64,000 nucleotides of DNA. It comes from Eledone cirrhosa. Lineage: Eukaryota. Position numbers and translations under genes: made by a program. Of the stretch, positions 1 to 11,432 are shown in pieces. The stretch's first letter is position 1; the number at the start of each line of letters is the position of its first letter. Below the pieces are notes generated by a model that made no database searches, was not told the DNA's origin, and saw only the letters and a program-made list of their open reading frames with translations. Where the stretch lies: assembly GCA_964016885.1 (NCBI GenBank), contig OZ024742.1:71424001-71488000 (forward strand), read 5' to 3'.

Positions 1-17
1 TCATCCTTACGGGGTCG

Positions 18-277
18 ATAAAATAAAGTACCAGTAATGCACTGGGTAATTGCTGGCCTTGTGCCTAAAGTAGAAACAATTATGATCAGAGGAATTTCAT
101 AATATAACTAATTTCCTCATTATTAATTTGATGCTTGGAACAGAACATAAAATAAAGTACCAGTAATGCACTGGGTAATTGCTGGCCTTGTGCCTAAAGT
201 AGAAACAATTATAATCAGAGGAATTTCATAATATAACTAATTTCCTCATTATTAATTTGATGCTTGGAACAGAACAT
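18..277. repeat. 129-bp tandem duplication (SINE 3' end plus flanking MITE-like sequence)
   Basis: ATAAAATAAAGTACCAGTAATGCACTGGG...GGAACAGAACAT occurs at ~18-148 and ~147-277; period 129. Confidence 0.9.
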
Positions 278-286
278 GGTATATCA

Positions 287-385
287 CGTGACTAAGCAGC
301 TAATGTTGGGACTCAAGATCATAAGGTTGTGGGTTCAATTCCTGGACAAGTAGGCATGTTGTGTTTTTGAGGACACTTCATTTAT
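287..385 (+). mobile_element. Degenerate tRNA-derived SINE head (family 1, CORE-like)
   Basis: B-box-like GGGTTCAATTCC followed by GTTGTGTTTTTGAGGACACTT; similar to the copy at 1478. Confidence 0.65.
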
Positions 386-479
386 TGTTACTTTATATGA
401 TAGGACTGGACACTCTATTATAATCACCTAAGGAACCTTTCAGTGGCAACCTTGTAGGAGGCCAGCTAAACCTACATAG

Positions 480-678
480 TTTCATTAAAATAATTTTGGA
501 AATAACCAAGAATTTGGAAGGATTTATTATTTGTAAACTGAAGTTTGGGGCATAACTTAAGGTTATTACATAAAATATTGATGGAAAGATATGAGCTAAA
601 TATAAACATTTTAAAATAAACAATTTTGCACCATAAAACCAGGGGTGAATTCAGGCTGTTTGGTATCAAAAGGGTTAA
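480..678. mobile_element. piggyBac-type MITE relic
   Basis: Ends TGGTATCAAAAGGG|TTAA; similar to the copy at 17863-18114. Confidence 0.6.
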
Positions 679-1477
679 CCAATCATTCAGTGAAAAATAA
701 TTTGTAACAAGACCCAAAATAAAACAGTTTTACAATACTGCAGCAGCTGTTGTTGTTAGTATTAGGGACCACAGAAGCAGCAGATGTTGTAGTTGTAACT
801 ATAAGGGACAACAGAAGTAGATGTTGTTTTCAACACTGAATAGCTGCAAGACAAAAAATAAAATTTAATAAAGTTCTTTGATTTGTGTCTCTGTGTATGC
901 GAGTTTGTGTTTGGTTGTATTTTTGTATGTATTTGTGTCTGTCTGTTTGTGTGTATTTTAGTATGCATTTCTGTGAGTTTTTATGCATGTGTTTGAGTTT
1001 GTGTTTGTGTATACCTTACTAATCTGGTCATTTGTGTTTAAGTGTATTTTTGTATGTATTTGTGTGTTTTTGCATGTGTTTGTGTGTACCTTACTAATCT
1101 GGTTGCTTGTTAACCTTCAGCTGACTGTCACTCAAGCTATTTTCTCCCTGTTGCAATAATCCATTAAATCTGACTTAAACTTCAGCTACTAAACCTAGAC
1201 CAACATTTTTACGCTTGTCTATTGACTTCATATTGAAAAACAACTCCATTAGTTTTCCAACGAAGCTCAATCTATACAAGTTCATGAGTCTTTTATTAGC
1301 AGCATAAACCCCCCCCCCCCCACACAAAGTATATCATCATCATCATCATCACCATCGTCGTTTTAACACCTGGCTATATTTTAAAGAGTCAGGATCTGGC
1401 GGCTGAGCTCTTGCTATTTCAACAGCTAGTTTTGGACTTGAGTTCAGAACTAGCTGTCCCAACTCTTTATTATTATA

Positions 1478-1817
1478 CACACATGGCTTAGTGGTTAGAG
1501 CATTGGCCTTGCAATCGAAAGGTTGTGAGTTCAATTCTCAGACTGGGTGATGTGTTGTTTCCTTGAGCAAGACACTTTATTTCACATTGCTCCAGTTTAC
1601 TCAGCTGTAGAAATGAGATGATAGGGACTGGGGTCCCTATCATTCCACTGCAAAGTGGTCGTGTAGGTGCCACGGCAAAAAAGCACCCAGCACTCACTGT
1701 AAATGAGGTTGGTGTTAGGAAGGGCATCCAGCTGTAGAAATCAAGCCAGAATCAGTTCCCGTCCCACCCATGCAAGCAGGGAAAAGCGGACGTAAAATGA
1801 AATGATGATGATGATGA
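1478..1817 (+). mobile_element. tRNA-derived SINE (family 1, CORE-like body) with RTE-derived 3' part and (GAT)n tail
   Basis: A box TGGCTTAGTGG (1484), B box GAGTTCAATTC (1527), TCCTTGAGCAAGACACTT body, 3' end GCAAGCAGGGAAAAGCGGACGTAAAATGA shared with the RTE end at ~22110. Confidence 0.85.
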
Positions 1818-1898
1818 CATATATATATATATATTTATTATGTGTTCCAGCTAATAGGGTGAGGCCATGCTGGAGCCCTGCATAATATATATATATAT

Positions 1899-1951
1899 AA
1901 CCCATGCTAGCATGGAAGATGGACGTTAAACGAAGATGATGATGATGATGA
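1899..1951 (+). mobile_element. Very short RTE/SINE 3'-tail insertion in (TA)n
   Basis: AACCCATGCTAGCATGGAAGATGGACGTTAAACG(GAT)n flanked by TA repeats. Confidence 0.75.
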
Positions 1952-1975
1952 TATATATATATATATTATATAATA

Positions 1976-2869
1976 CTAGCAGTGGTACCCGGCGTTGCAT
2001 GGGATAAGGTATTTTGGAACACAGGCTGCCAACAGACCTAATCGTGGAAAAACTGCATGCCTGGACAATATGTAAAGAAAATAAACCAAATACTTTGATG
2101 GCTGGATTATCTTTAAGATTTTCCTCAATGAAGCAGGAAAAATGCAGGTTTTCATCTAATGCGGGCTCTAGGGGATGAAGAAAATGAATTTTTTTTATGT
2201 GCATAATATGTCTTGAAATTTCGGGAACATTGGCTAGACGTAACGCCTCCAAAAAGCCCTAAAAAGCTGAAAAAATGAAGTTTTTCACCTAATGCGGGCC
2301 CTAGGCCATAAAAAAAGTAGGATTTTCTTTTCTCACGGTATGAAGAAGAGACTGACTAATACATAGTTACCATTTCAAGGAAATCGGTCTGATGTAATGC
2401 CTCAAAAAAACCCTAAAAGCTTAAAAAAATGCAGTTTTTCACCAAATGCAGGCCCTAGGAGATCAAAGTAATACACATGTAAAGTTTGAAAAAAATTGGT
2501 TGGGTACTTCTTGAGTTTTAGGGATTCAAACTCACAGACACACACACACACACACAGAGACAGACATCCTCAGGGAAGTGACGTAATGCAGACAGCCAGG
2601 CATACAGACATATATTATAAGGGCGCGACATATGTATGTATCTATCTAAAAAGAGAAAGACTAAGAATTATAGAGAGAGATCGCTAAATCGCCCAATGCG
2701 GTCCCTAGGGCATTGAAAATTTGAAATTTTTTTTTGCTCAGAACACTCCCTGAAACATAAGTATTACATGTGTAAAGTTTGGAAACAGTCGGTTGGGTGG
2801 TTCTCGAGTTTTAGTGATTCAAACTCTCACACACGCACAGACAGACATCCTCAGTTATATATATATAGA
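1976..2869 (-). mobile_element. Non-autonomous Helitron
   Basis: Minus-strand 3' end CCCATGCAACGCCGGG-TACCACTG-CTAG|T; 5' end TC(TA)n followed by CTGT/CA microsatellite; internal repeated AATGCGGGCCCTAGG subunits. Confidence 0.8.
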
Positions 2870-3085
2870 CTGGTTATATATATAAGTAGATAATATAAAC
2901 GTGGTTGGTGTTAGGAAGGTCATCTATTTGTGAAAATCCCTGTCAAAATACTGGCCAGACTTGTCTCAAGATGTGGACGACTAATCCACGCCAGTATGGA
3001 AACATAGACGCTAAACAGATGATGTAATATGATACATATATGTAATGTAATACAATGTGTATATATATATATATATATTTATATA

Positions 3086-3127
<42 letters not shown>

Positions 3128-3499
3128 CATAATTACATCTTCAAGAAGATGCCTCACATTCATTCATCTTTGGTGAAAATAGCTTTAGCCAGGAGTTGTT
3201 GATGTCATCAGATGGTGTCTTACGTCCATTGGGTGTTTCAACCCTTAACTCTAACACCCTCTCACTGGTGGGTCACTAGTGGTGGCCAAATTACTGTTCA
3301 TCTTCGCTTCTTGGCTTCCAGCTTATCTCCTCTGTCCTACACCAGAGCCAATCAGAGGCCCTTTCTGCAGCCTTCTCTCTCCCTGATATTCCAATGGCAG
3401 AGAGCATTCTCCATACTGAGTCAGCCGGGAATTCTCTGCAGCCCACCTCAACTGGAAACACCCATGCCTGCCAACCTTTCTCCCTACACTACTACATAA

Positions 3500-4411
3500 T
3501 ATATATATATATAAAACTGAGGTTGTCTGTCTGTTTGTGAGTTTGAATCCCTAAAACTCGAGAACCAGCCAACCGACTGTTTTCAAACTTTACACATGTA
3601 ATACTTATGTTTCAGGGAGTGTTCTGAGCAAAAAAAATTTTCGATGCCCTAGGGACCGCATTAGGCGATTTAGCGATCTCTCTCTATAATTCTTAGTCTT
3701 TCTCTTTTTAGATAGATACATACATATAACGTCGCGCCCTTATAATATCTGTCTGTATGCCTGGCTGTCTGCATTACGTCACTTCCCTGAGGATGTCTGT
3801 CTCTGTGTGTGTCTGTGAGTTTGAATCCCTAAAGCTCGAGAAGTACCCAACCGATTTTTTTAAACTTTACATGTGTATTACTTATGTTTCAGGGAGTGTT
3901 ATGCACATAAAAAATTCAACTTTTCTATCTCCTAGGGCCCACATTAGGTGAAAAACTGCGTTTTTTAAGCTTTTTAGGGTTTTTTTGAGGTGTTACGTCA
4001 GACCAATTTCCTTGAAATTGTAACTATGTATTAGCCAGTCTCTTCTTCATACCATGAGCAAAGAAAATCCAACTTTTTTATGGCTTAGGGCCCGCATTAG
4101 GTGAAAAACTTCATTTTTTCAGCTTTTTAGGGTTTTTTGGAGGAGTTACGTCTAGCCGATTTTCCCGAAATTTCAAGGCATATTATGCACATTAAAAAAT
4201 TCATTTTCTTGATCCCCTAGGCCCGCATTAGGTGAAAACCTGCATTTTTCCTGCTTCATCGAGGAAAATCTTAAAGATTATCCAGCCATCAGAGTATTCG
4301 GTTTATTTTCTTTACATATTGTCCAGGCATGCAGTTTTTCCACGATTAGGTCTGTTGGCAGCCTGCGTTCCAAAATACCTTATCCCGTGCAACGCCGGGT
4401 ACCACTGCTAG
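3500..4411 (+). mobile_element. Non-autonomous Helitron (inverted near-identical copy of 1976-2869)
   Basis: 3' hairpin CCCG-TGCAACGC-CGGG followed by TACCACTG-CTAG|T at 4408-4412; reverse complement of the upstream copy along its length. Confidence 0.85.
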
Positions 4412-4882
4412 TATATTATATAAGGGAATAAAATGCCATTGCTACACACAGACAACAAGCAAATAAATAAAAGAAAATATATTTGTGCTACTTACTGAAC
4501 TATAATAACCCAACTCACACACACATGCACAGTCACATACAATTTTTGTTCATTTTGCTATTGGATCATTATTATTAAAGTAGAAACAATTATTATGGTT
4601 GTCATTATGATAGTAATGGTAATTATAATGATTATTATTACTATTCTTGTTATTGTTATTATTCAGATGTAACAAGAAACAAACAAACAAAAAATACACA
4701 CACACACACACACACACATTCCTGTACTTTTCCCAGCTTTATTATTTTCATTAGTTTGCCATGATAAACACGGCCTATTCCACTTTAGTATAGATAATAT
4801 TTAATAGGGTGTCATATCCCCATATATATTTTACTCTTTTACTTGTTCCATCCATCCGGCTGAGGCCATGCTGGGGTACCAC

Positions 4883-4913
<31 letters not shown>

Positions 4914-4930
4914 ATGTGCATGTGTGTATA

Positions 4931-5090
4931 CGGTGGTGAATTGGCAGCCGTTAGAACATTGGATAGAATGCTTTGTGGCATTTGTTCTGGTTCTCTACTC
5001 TCTGAGTTCAAATCCTGCCAAGATTAACTTCGCCTTTCATCCATTCCAGGTTGATAAAGAAATATCAGTCTTGTACTGGTTGGTGTTGAT
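4931..5090 (+). mobile_element. tRNA-derived SINE (family 2)
   Basis: GGTGAATTGGCAG head, B box GAGTTCAAATCC, conserved GCCTTTCATCC...GATAAA domain. Confidence 0.75.
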
Positions 5091-5281
5091 TCATTCTCTA
5101 TATCTCTTTCTCACTACCATTCTCTCATTCTCTATCATTCTCTTGAAGAAATCTGCTGTATTCAGACCTGGAGAGGTATGGGTTCCACCAGGTTTAGAAA
5201 AGCCCTATCAGTGCCATATGTCAATACAGCGCCCCAATGACTCCCTCAGGAGCCAAGGGGCCATACATATATACGTATATG

Positions 5282-5326
<45 letters not shown>

Positions 5327-6169
5327 ATATGTGTGTGTTATATATATGTTGTGTATATTTGTATAAATCTATTTATACACACATACATAACTACATACAT
5401 GAAAGATCAGATGTAAAAACGATGATACACACACACACACACACAATCTGTGTGTGTGCCTAAATGTGCTGATTCAGTGAAGTTCAGCTCAGAGCTAATA
5501 TATTTTAGAACTGAAATAAAGCCAACAATAATTTGTCACTGTTAGGTTTTTTTGTTTCGTTATCTCCACCACTAATTTTAATTATCTTGGTTCCTAAGGA
5601 CAAATCCAGTATAACCAATTGTTATTTGTTTATCTTGGAGCTGTGAAGATATTTAAAGAATGCTTTTGTTCACTATTTTACATGTAGTTTTTAGTTTCTA
5701 GAAAAAGGAATTATTATTTTTTTTTACTTTAAATGTTTATTTTTTATTCAACTGGATTTACTGGCATGTGCTACTTTGTGTTTGTGTGTTTGTACTTTTT
5801 AATAGAATTTATGTTGAGTGTGTAAAGCTACTCTATTTTCTGCTGTCCCTGTGTATTGTAAAGGGTGATTAATAGAGTTGGTGTCAGAACCTCATGATAG
5901 GTATGAAGGTTGTCATGAAATCTGCAAGGCTAATCCCTGATTTAAATACTTGTTGCATTGTATTTCCTGGGGTATAAAAATGGAGTTTTTTATTTTAAAA
6001 TTTGATATCAAAATTTGCTTGTGTTCTCTACATGGAAGGTTTTGCAATCAGTTCCTGTGGTCGATCCTAACTGTGTGGCATATTGGACATGTGTCCTCAC
6101 CATAGCCACAGGTTGACCCAGGTATTGTGGGTCGAACTCTTAGCTCTTAGTCTGGTTTGTTCCATTGGG

Positions 6170-6420
6170 AACATAAGTCAACCAATTATCTCCAACACTG
6201 TTGGTCGGCGGCAGCTCGTTGACAACTGTGCCAGGTGATGTTGATGGTTTGTAGGTTGCTTTGGAATGTCCACCACTAGGTCCTCTTCTGTCAGTTTCTT
6301 TTCTGCTTGCCTTTGTGGAGAGTCCACGTCATTGCTGTTTTGGATGGGTGATGTTCTCGGAAGTGCAGAATGTGTCCTGCAAAACAGAACCAGCACCCTG
6401 CAGTGTATGCAACTTTGTTA
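6170..6420 (-). mobile_element. Old RTE-clade LINE ORF C-terminal fragment
   Basis: Minus-strand translation FAGHILHFREHHPSKTAMTWT...KRT*WWTFQSNLQTINITWH...AAADQQCWR matches the RTE C-terminal GHxxR...W pattern. Confidence 0.6.
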
Positions 6421-6479
6421 TCAGCAGGACCCCTTCACTCCTAACCTAATCTCTCCAATAGATAGAAACTGTATGGAAG

Positions 6480-6720
6480 CCCATTGGAGAGATTCTACCT
6501 GTAATTCAAAGGTTCAGCTTTATCATATTGTCACACTGATTCAGTTTGGGAATTATATTAAAAGTACATGTGCCTGTAGAATACTCAGCTACTTGCTCAA
6601 TAATACAAGATGTAATTCCAAGATCCAGGCTTGTCACATTATGTCACTGTGACTCAGCTTGGGAATTATGTTATGGGTACATGTGGAATACTCAGCCACT
6701 TAGATGTTAATTCAAGAGCT
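6480..6720. repeat. ~112-bp tandem duplication of a SINE-tail-like segment
   Basis: TGTAATTC(A/C)AAG...TGTCACACTG...GGGAATTAT...GAATACTCAGC occurs twice. Confidence 0.6.
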
Positions 6721-6917
6721 GGACACTCAGTTATTAAAAGATTGAATGCTGATTGTTGAAACTGGCAGAGAATTCATTATCATAAACATAGCTGTATATT
6801 TAATTAGACATAAACAGCTAAGTTTATTTTTATACCCAATTATTACTACTAACATTACTCTCATGACATTACTCAATAATTCATAACAGCAATGAATTGA
6901 TTATGTGGGTGAAAGAA

Positions 6918-9431
6918 AGCTACTGTACTTTCAGAGCACCCTCCACCACTGTTGATTTTGTCACCCAGGTAACGGAAGGTGTCCACTATTTCTATAGAAC
7001 CATCTGTGCAATGGAATGGGCTAGTATTCTGTGGGCACTTGCTGCTACTTATTACACCTGAGTACCGGCCACATATAAAATCTATATTCTTAGTTAGCTT
7101 ACCTGTGATCTCACTACATTTTTTATGTACACATAGTTTGTATTTGGGACATAAAATGGAATTTCTACCTACTCCTCTCCTACACACTGAGCATGGCCAT
7201 TTCCCTGAGGGCACCTGTGCCCTATTTTCCTTTCTACATACTAGAACAAGTTAACTTTAAGGCCTTTTGATTCTAGGCCATGCTTCCATGTTTGAAATTT
7301 CTTCTCTAGTTCAGCCATAGATTCAGCTATGAGAGTTAGATCATCTGCAAATAGAAGTTCCCATGAGCAGCCAGTCTTAAACTTCTCTGTTATAGCCTGA
7401 AGTGCAATAATAAATAGGAGGGGGCTAAGGCCAGAGCCTTGATGAACACCAACTTTTACACTAAACTCTTCACTATATTCATTGTTAATTCTAACCTTGC
7501 TGACTGTTTCTTTATACATGGCTTGTATAGCTCTCACAAGCCATTCATCTACACCTAGTTTTCTAAGAGCCCACCAGATAATGGAGCGGGGGACTCTGCC
7601 AAAGGCTTTCTCCAAGTCAACAAAAGCTAAGTATAGGGGTATACTTTTAGCTAGGTACTTCTCCTGTAGTTGTCGTACAAGGAAAAGAGCGTCTGTGGTA
7701 CTTTTACCTGACACAAACCCAAACTGCATTTCATCTAGATCAATTCGATCTCTGATATAACTCTTTCTGTGACCTTCATGACCTGGTCAACTAACTTAAT
7801 GCCTCTATAGTTTCCCCTATCTAGAGCATCTCTTTTACCCTTGTAGTAGTTAATGCTACGCCATTCATTTGGTATGACCCCATTCTATATTACTTGGTTT
7901 ACTATCCGGGTGGCCATAGTATGTCCCACCATTCCAGATGCTTTCAACATCTCAGCAACTATCTCTGAAGGCCCAGCTGCCTTGCCTGTCTTCATATCTT
8001 TGATTGCCTTACTTATTATACTACCTTTAACTTGCACCGCTGGTCCTTCTATTGGATTGATTTGGGGCAGACTATCTTTTCCCATTTATTCTCCTCATTT
8101 AGTAGACTCTCGTAGTGACACTTCCAAGCTACCTTCTTATCAGTATCAGTGAGGGCAAGTACACCATTATCATTATGGACACACTTCTCCTTGACACATT
8201 GTCTTGCAATCCTGAACACCTCACATTTTTGGTCCTGACGTTGTAGAACATGCTTGAACTTTCTATCCTCTGCTTCCCTTCTTACAAAGTACACTTGTCT
8301 CCTAGCCTCTCTCCTGGCCACTTGATAGTGTTCTCTACTTGCCCCATCCCGCCATACTTTCCAAGCCTGCTTTTTGGCCTTGATTGTCTCCTCCACCTTT
8401 CTATTCCACCACTAAGTTACTCTCCTTCTGCTATAGGTCTGCTACAGCCACACATTTCTGGAAAGGAATGAAGCATGCATGCACCGTTGGATGTGTAATA
8501 GTAATCTACACGAAAGTCAAAACATAAATGTACTAAGTGAGAAATTAGGAATAAGAGAGATCAGATGCTGTTTACTCGAGAGAAGACTACGTTGGTACGG
8601 TCACGTGATGCGCATGAAAGACGACAGCTGTATAAAAAAGTGCAGGGCGATCAAAATTGAGGGAAGTTACCCAGAAAAACCTGGGACGATATAATAAAGT
8701 CCGACCTTGCACACTTGCACCTCTCTAAGACAATGTCACTGGATCGAGATCTTTTGCGCCACACAGTATTACAGAAGACCTGCCTTTCCGATGTGCAAAG
8801 TAAACTTACAGTTAGTAGGCCCCTCCAAACCAAACACACCCTAACCCACTATCCCACTCCTGCTAACACCACCCTTTCTCTATAAAGTTATGTTGGTACC
8901 ACAACATCCAGTCCTAAATAAATGAGGTTGTGTAGGTGTCACAAAAAAACACACAGTCCACGCTGTAATGTGGCCGTGTAGGTAACATCATCACCATCAT
9001 CATCATTCTACGTCCGCTCTTCCCTGCTTGCAAGGGTGGGACGGGTCTTATTCAGCACAGCATCTTTCCACTTGTCACGGTCCTTCGTCATCTCCACCGT
9101 GAGCTTCAGCGATCTGAGGTCTGTTCTCACCACCTCCGCCCATGTTTTTCGTGGTCTACCTCTACCATTTCTTCCTTCAACTAGCATTTCCTGGCACTTC
9201 TTCACCCATCGATCATCCTCCATGTGCATCACATGTCCATACCACCGTAAAAAATTCCCAGTCCACACTGTAAATGTATTTGGTGTTAGGAAGGGCATCC
9301 AGCCATAGAAAACCTGCCAGATAGTCCTGTAGGAGCGAGACATGGTCACCTGACCAATCTTGCTTCAAGTGGGACAACTCCCGTCTAACCCATGCTAGCG
9401 TGGAAGATAGACGTTAAACGATGATGATGAT
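6918..9431. mobile_element. RTE LINE family A copy with inverted 5' segment (6918-8460 minus; 8458-9431 plus)
   Basis: Minus: QFGF..GKSTTDA, AFVDLEKAF, GVHQGS, LLFADD, Cys-rich CSVC..C..C..HKKC; plus: LERNEAC..RWMC..RLRWYGHV, 3'UTR and (GAT)n tail; frameshifts and stops. Confidence 0.9.
8986..9246 (-). mobile_element. RTE family B 3' fragment nested in the family A 3'UTR
   Basis: RWYGHVMHMEDDRWVKKC...GRGRPRKTW...PTLASREERT*, (CAT)n tail at 8986; matches 21895-22158. Confidence 0.9.
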
Positions 9432-9432
9432 A

Positions 9433-9475
<43 letters not shown>

Positions 9476-9479
<4 letters not shown>

Positions 9480-9772
9480 GTACCCCCGGCATTCGCAGTC
9501 CCAATTATTCATGGAAATTTCATTAGACCCTAACTAATAATTATTCGTGGAAACCACCGTACATTCGCAGAATCTTTTGCGTTTTTTTAATGGCTTTTTT
9601 CGTGGCAATATATATTTTTTTACACTTTTTAATGCTAAATTATTAATAACAATATATTGTATTTGCCGGCCTATATTTTACATTGTTTTGATGTTTATAG
9701 GCATTTTTATGAACCACATCCAATATTTGCGTTTTTTCACTCATAACACCTGCGGATACCAGGGAACAACCG
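9476..9772. mobile_element. Tigger/pogo-type MITE
   Basis: Imperfect TIRs CAGTGTACCCCCGGCATTCGCAG / CTGCGGATACCAGGGAACAACCG followed by TA; resembles Tigger/MER2-type termini. Confidence 0.6.
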
Positions 9773-9774
9773 TA

Positions 9775-9818
<44 letters not shown>

Positions 9819-10394
9819 TTACTAGCAGCTGTACTTGGTCTTGCGTGGGATTATTAATACCTAACATAAGTATATTCACATGAATTCACTGTATTTTGGA
9901 TAATTTGCTTTAGAAAGATGCTGACAGTTTTCTCTTTGGTCAAAGTATGTTGAATCACTCAGAATTGTTGCCTTTAAGCAATTCAGAGAATGTGTAAATG
10001 TATAAGACAGTAAATAGATATAGAAAGAATGTAAATTAAAATTTTACTCTTAAATTTATTTCTATTTTCTGGAAAAACATGTTATTTTCATCAAAATACA
10101 GTACTAATTTACATAATTACTCTAAATCAATTATTTTCTAATCAGTACATTTTTTCAAATGTCTGTTGCAATGCTTCAGGGTCTACAGTATTTTTAGTTT
10201 TTCTGTCAGAAGTTAAAAAGAAATTTCAGAAAAGGCCATTTAGTCTTTGTATGACCTTCTCATTTAAAAGATGTTTTCTTATGTAAAATTTCAGCTACAA
10301 TTCAGACATTCACTTTTATATATTAACCCTTCCATTATTATGTTTCTAATGATGGACATTGTCTATGATTTTCAAATAATTTTGATAATAATCT

Positions 10395-10638
10395 TTATTA
10401 AGCTGGTATTTTCAGATTGGTGCACTGGAAGAATCAGTAGTCAGACAAAATGGTTTGTTACATTGAGTTATGACTTTTTACATTCTGAGTTAAAATCCAA
10501 CTGAGGTCAAGTTTGCCGTTCATCCTTCTGAAGCCAATGAAATAAAGTACTAGTTATGTACTGGGGTTGATATAATTGACTTTCCCTTCTCCAAATTTCT
10601 GGCTTTGCACCTATGTTAGAAACCATTATTAAGCTGGT
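10395..10638 (+). mobile_element. Family 2 SINE with 13-bp target-site duplication, inserted in a piggyBac-type MITE (starts ~10323)
   Basis: TTATTAAGCTGGT at 10395-10407 and 10626-10638; the host begins TTAA|CCCTT at 10323. Confidence 0.75.
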
Positions 10639-11432
10639 GTTTGGAACATAACTTAACAAAGGTGCTTACATATAATTATAATGGAAGGGTTTCACATAAA
10701 TATCAACACTTTGAAACATTATATATATATATATGAGAAACTGCTTGAGTTTGCAGTTGAATCTCTACTTCATTAATACATGTATATATGTGTGTACACA
10801 GTGTCTGAATAAAAGACAAGAAGATCAAGACTGAACCACCTTTGATTATAGGTCTACACTTTTGGAGTTGGTCTGGGTTTAAACAAAACCTACCTCATGT
10901 AAGTGTTTAACTCCAAAACCCACCCTGGTTCTATGAAAGAAAACCACCCATTTCTAACAATTCCTATATATACATATATATTTATAAATATAAGAAAGTA
11001 TTTCACCAAGAAAAATATAAACATCGGTGTGAAAGGGGATTAGGAATTTATTTGCTATAACATATAATTCTGTGTATAATTGTCTACATATGTTGACTAC
11101 AATATCTATTGTTCAATCATATGCAATACTTAATTATTTATCACTCTTCATCAGAAAGCCTATTATTGTGGAAATGACTAGTCACTACGTGGTAGAATTC
11201 AGGAATGGGATTTTCGTTTAAGAAAAAATAAATAAATAAGACAATTTTTATTATCATTTTGACTTATTTATATTGATATACTCTGTTATCTCTTCTGGAC
11301 CTATATACCATATTCCTCTGCTTGGATATTTATGCTACACGATTCAAACTCTTTGGTAAGCAGTTTTCTTGTTTAAGCATTCATTCCTGATATACATAAA
11401 CAAAATCATATCTACCTTCACACACACACATG

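Noticed and set aside
1484-1550. tRNA gene
   Set aside because: A and B boxes are present but there is no acceptor stem or cloverleaf, and the sequence continues into a SINE body
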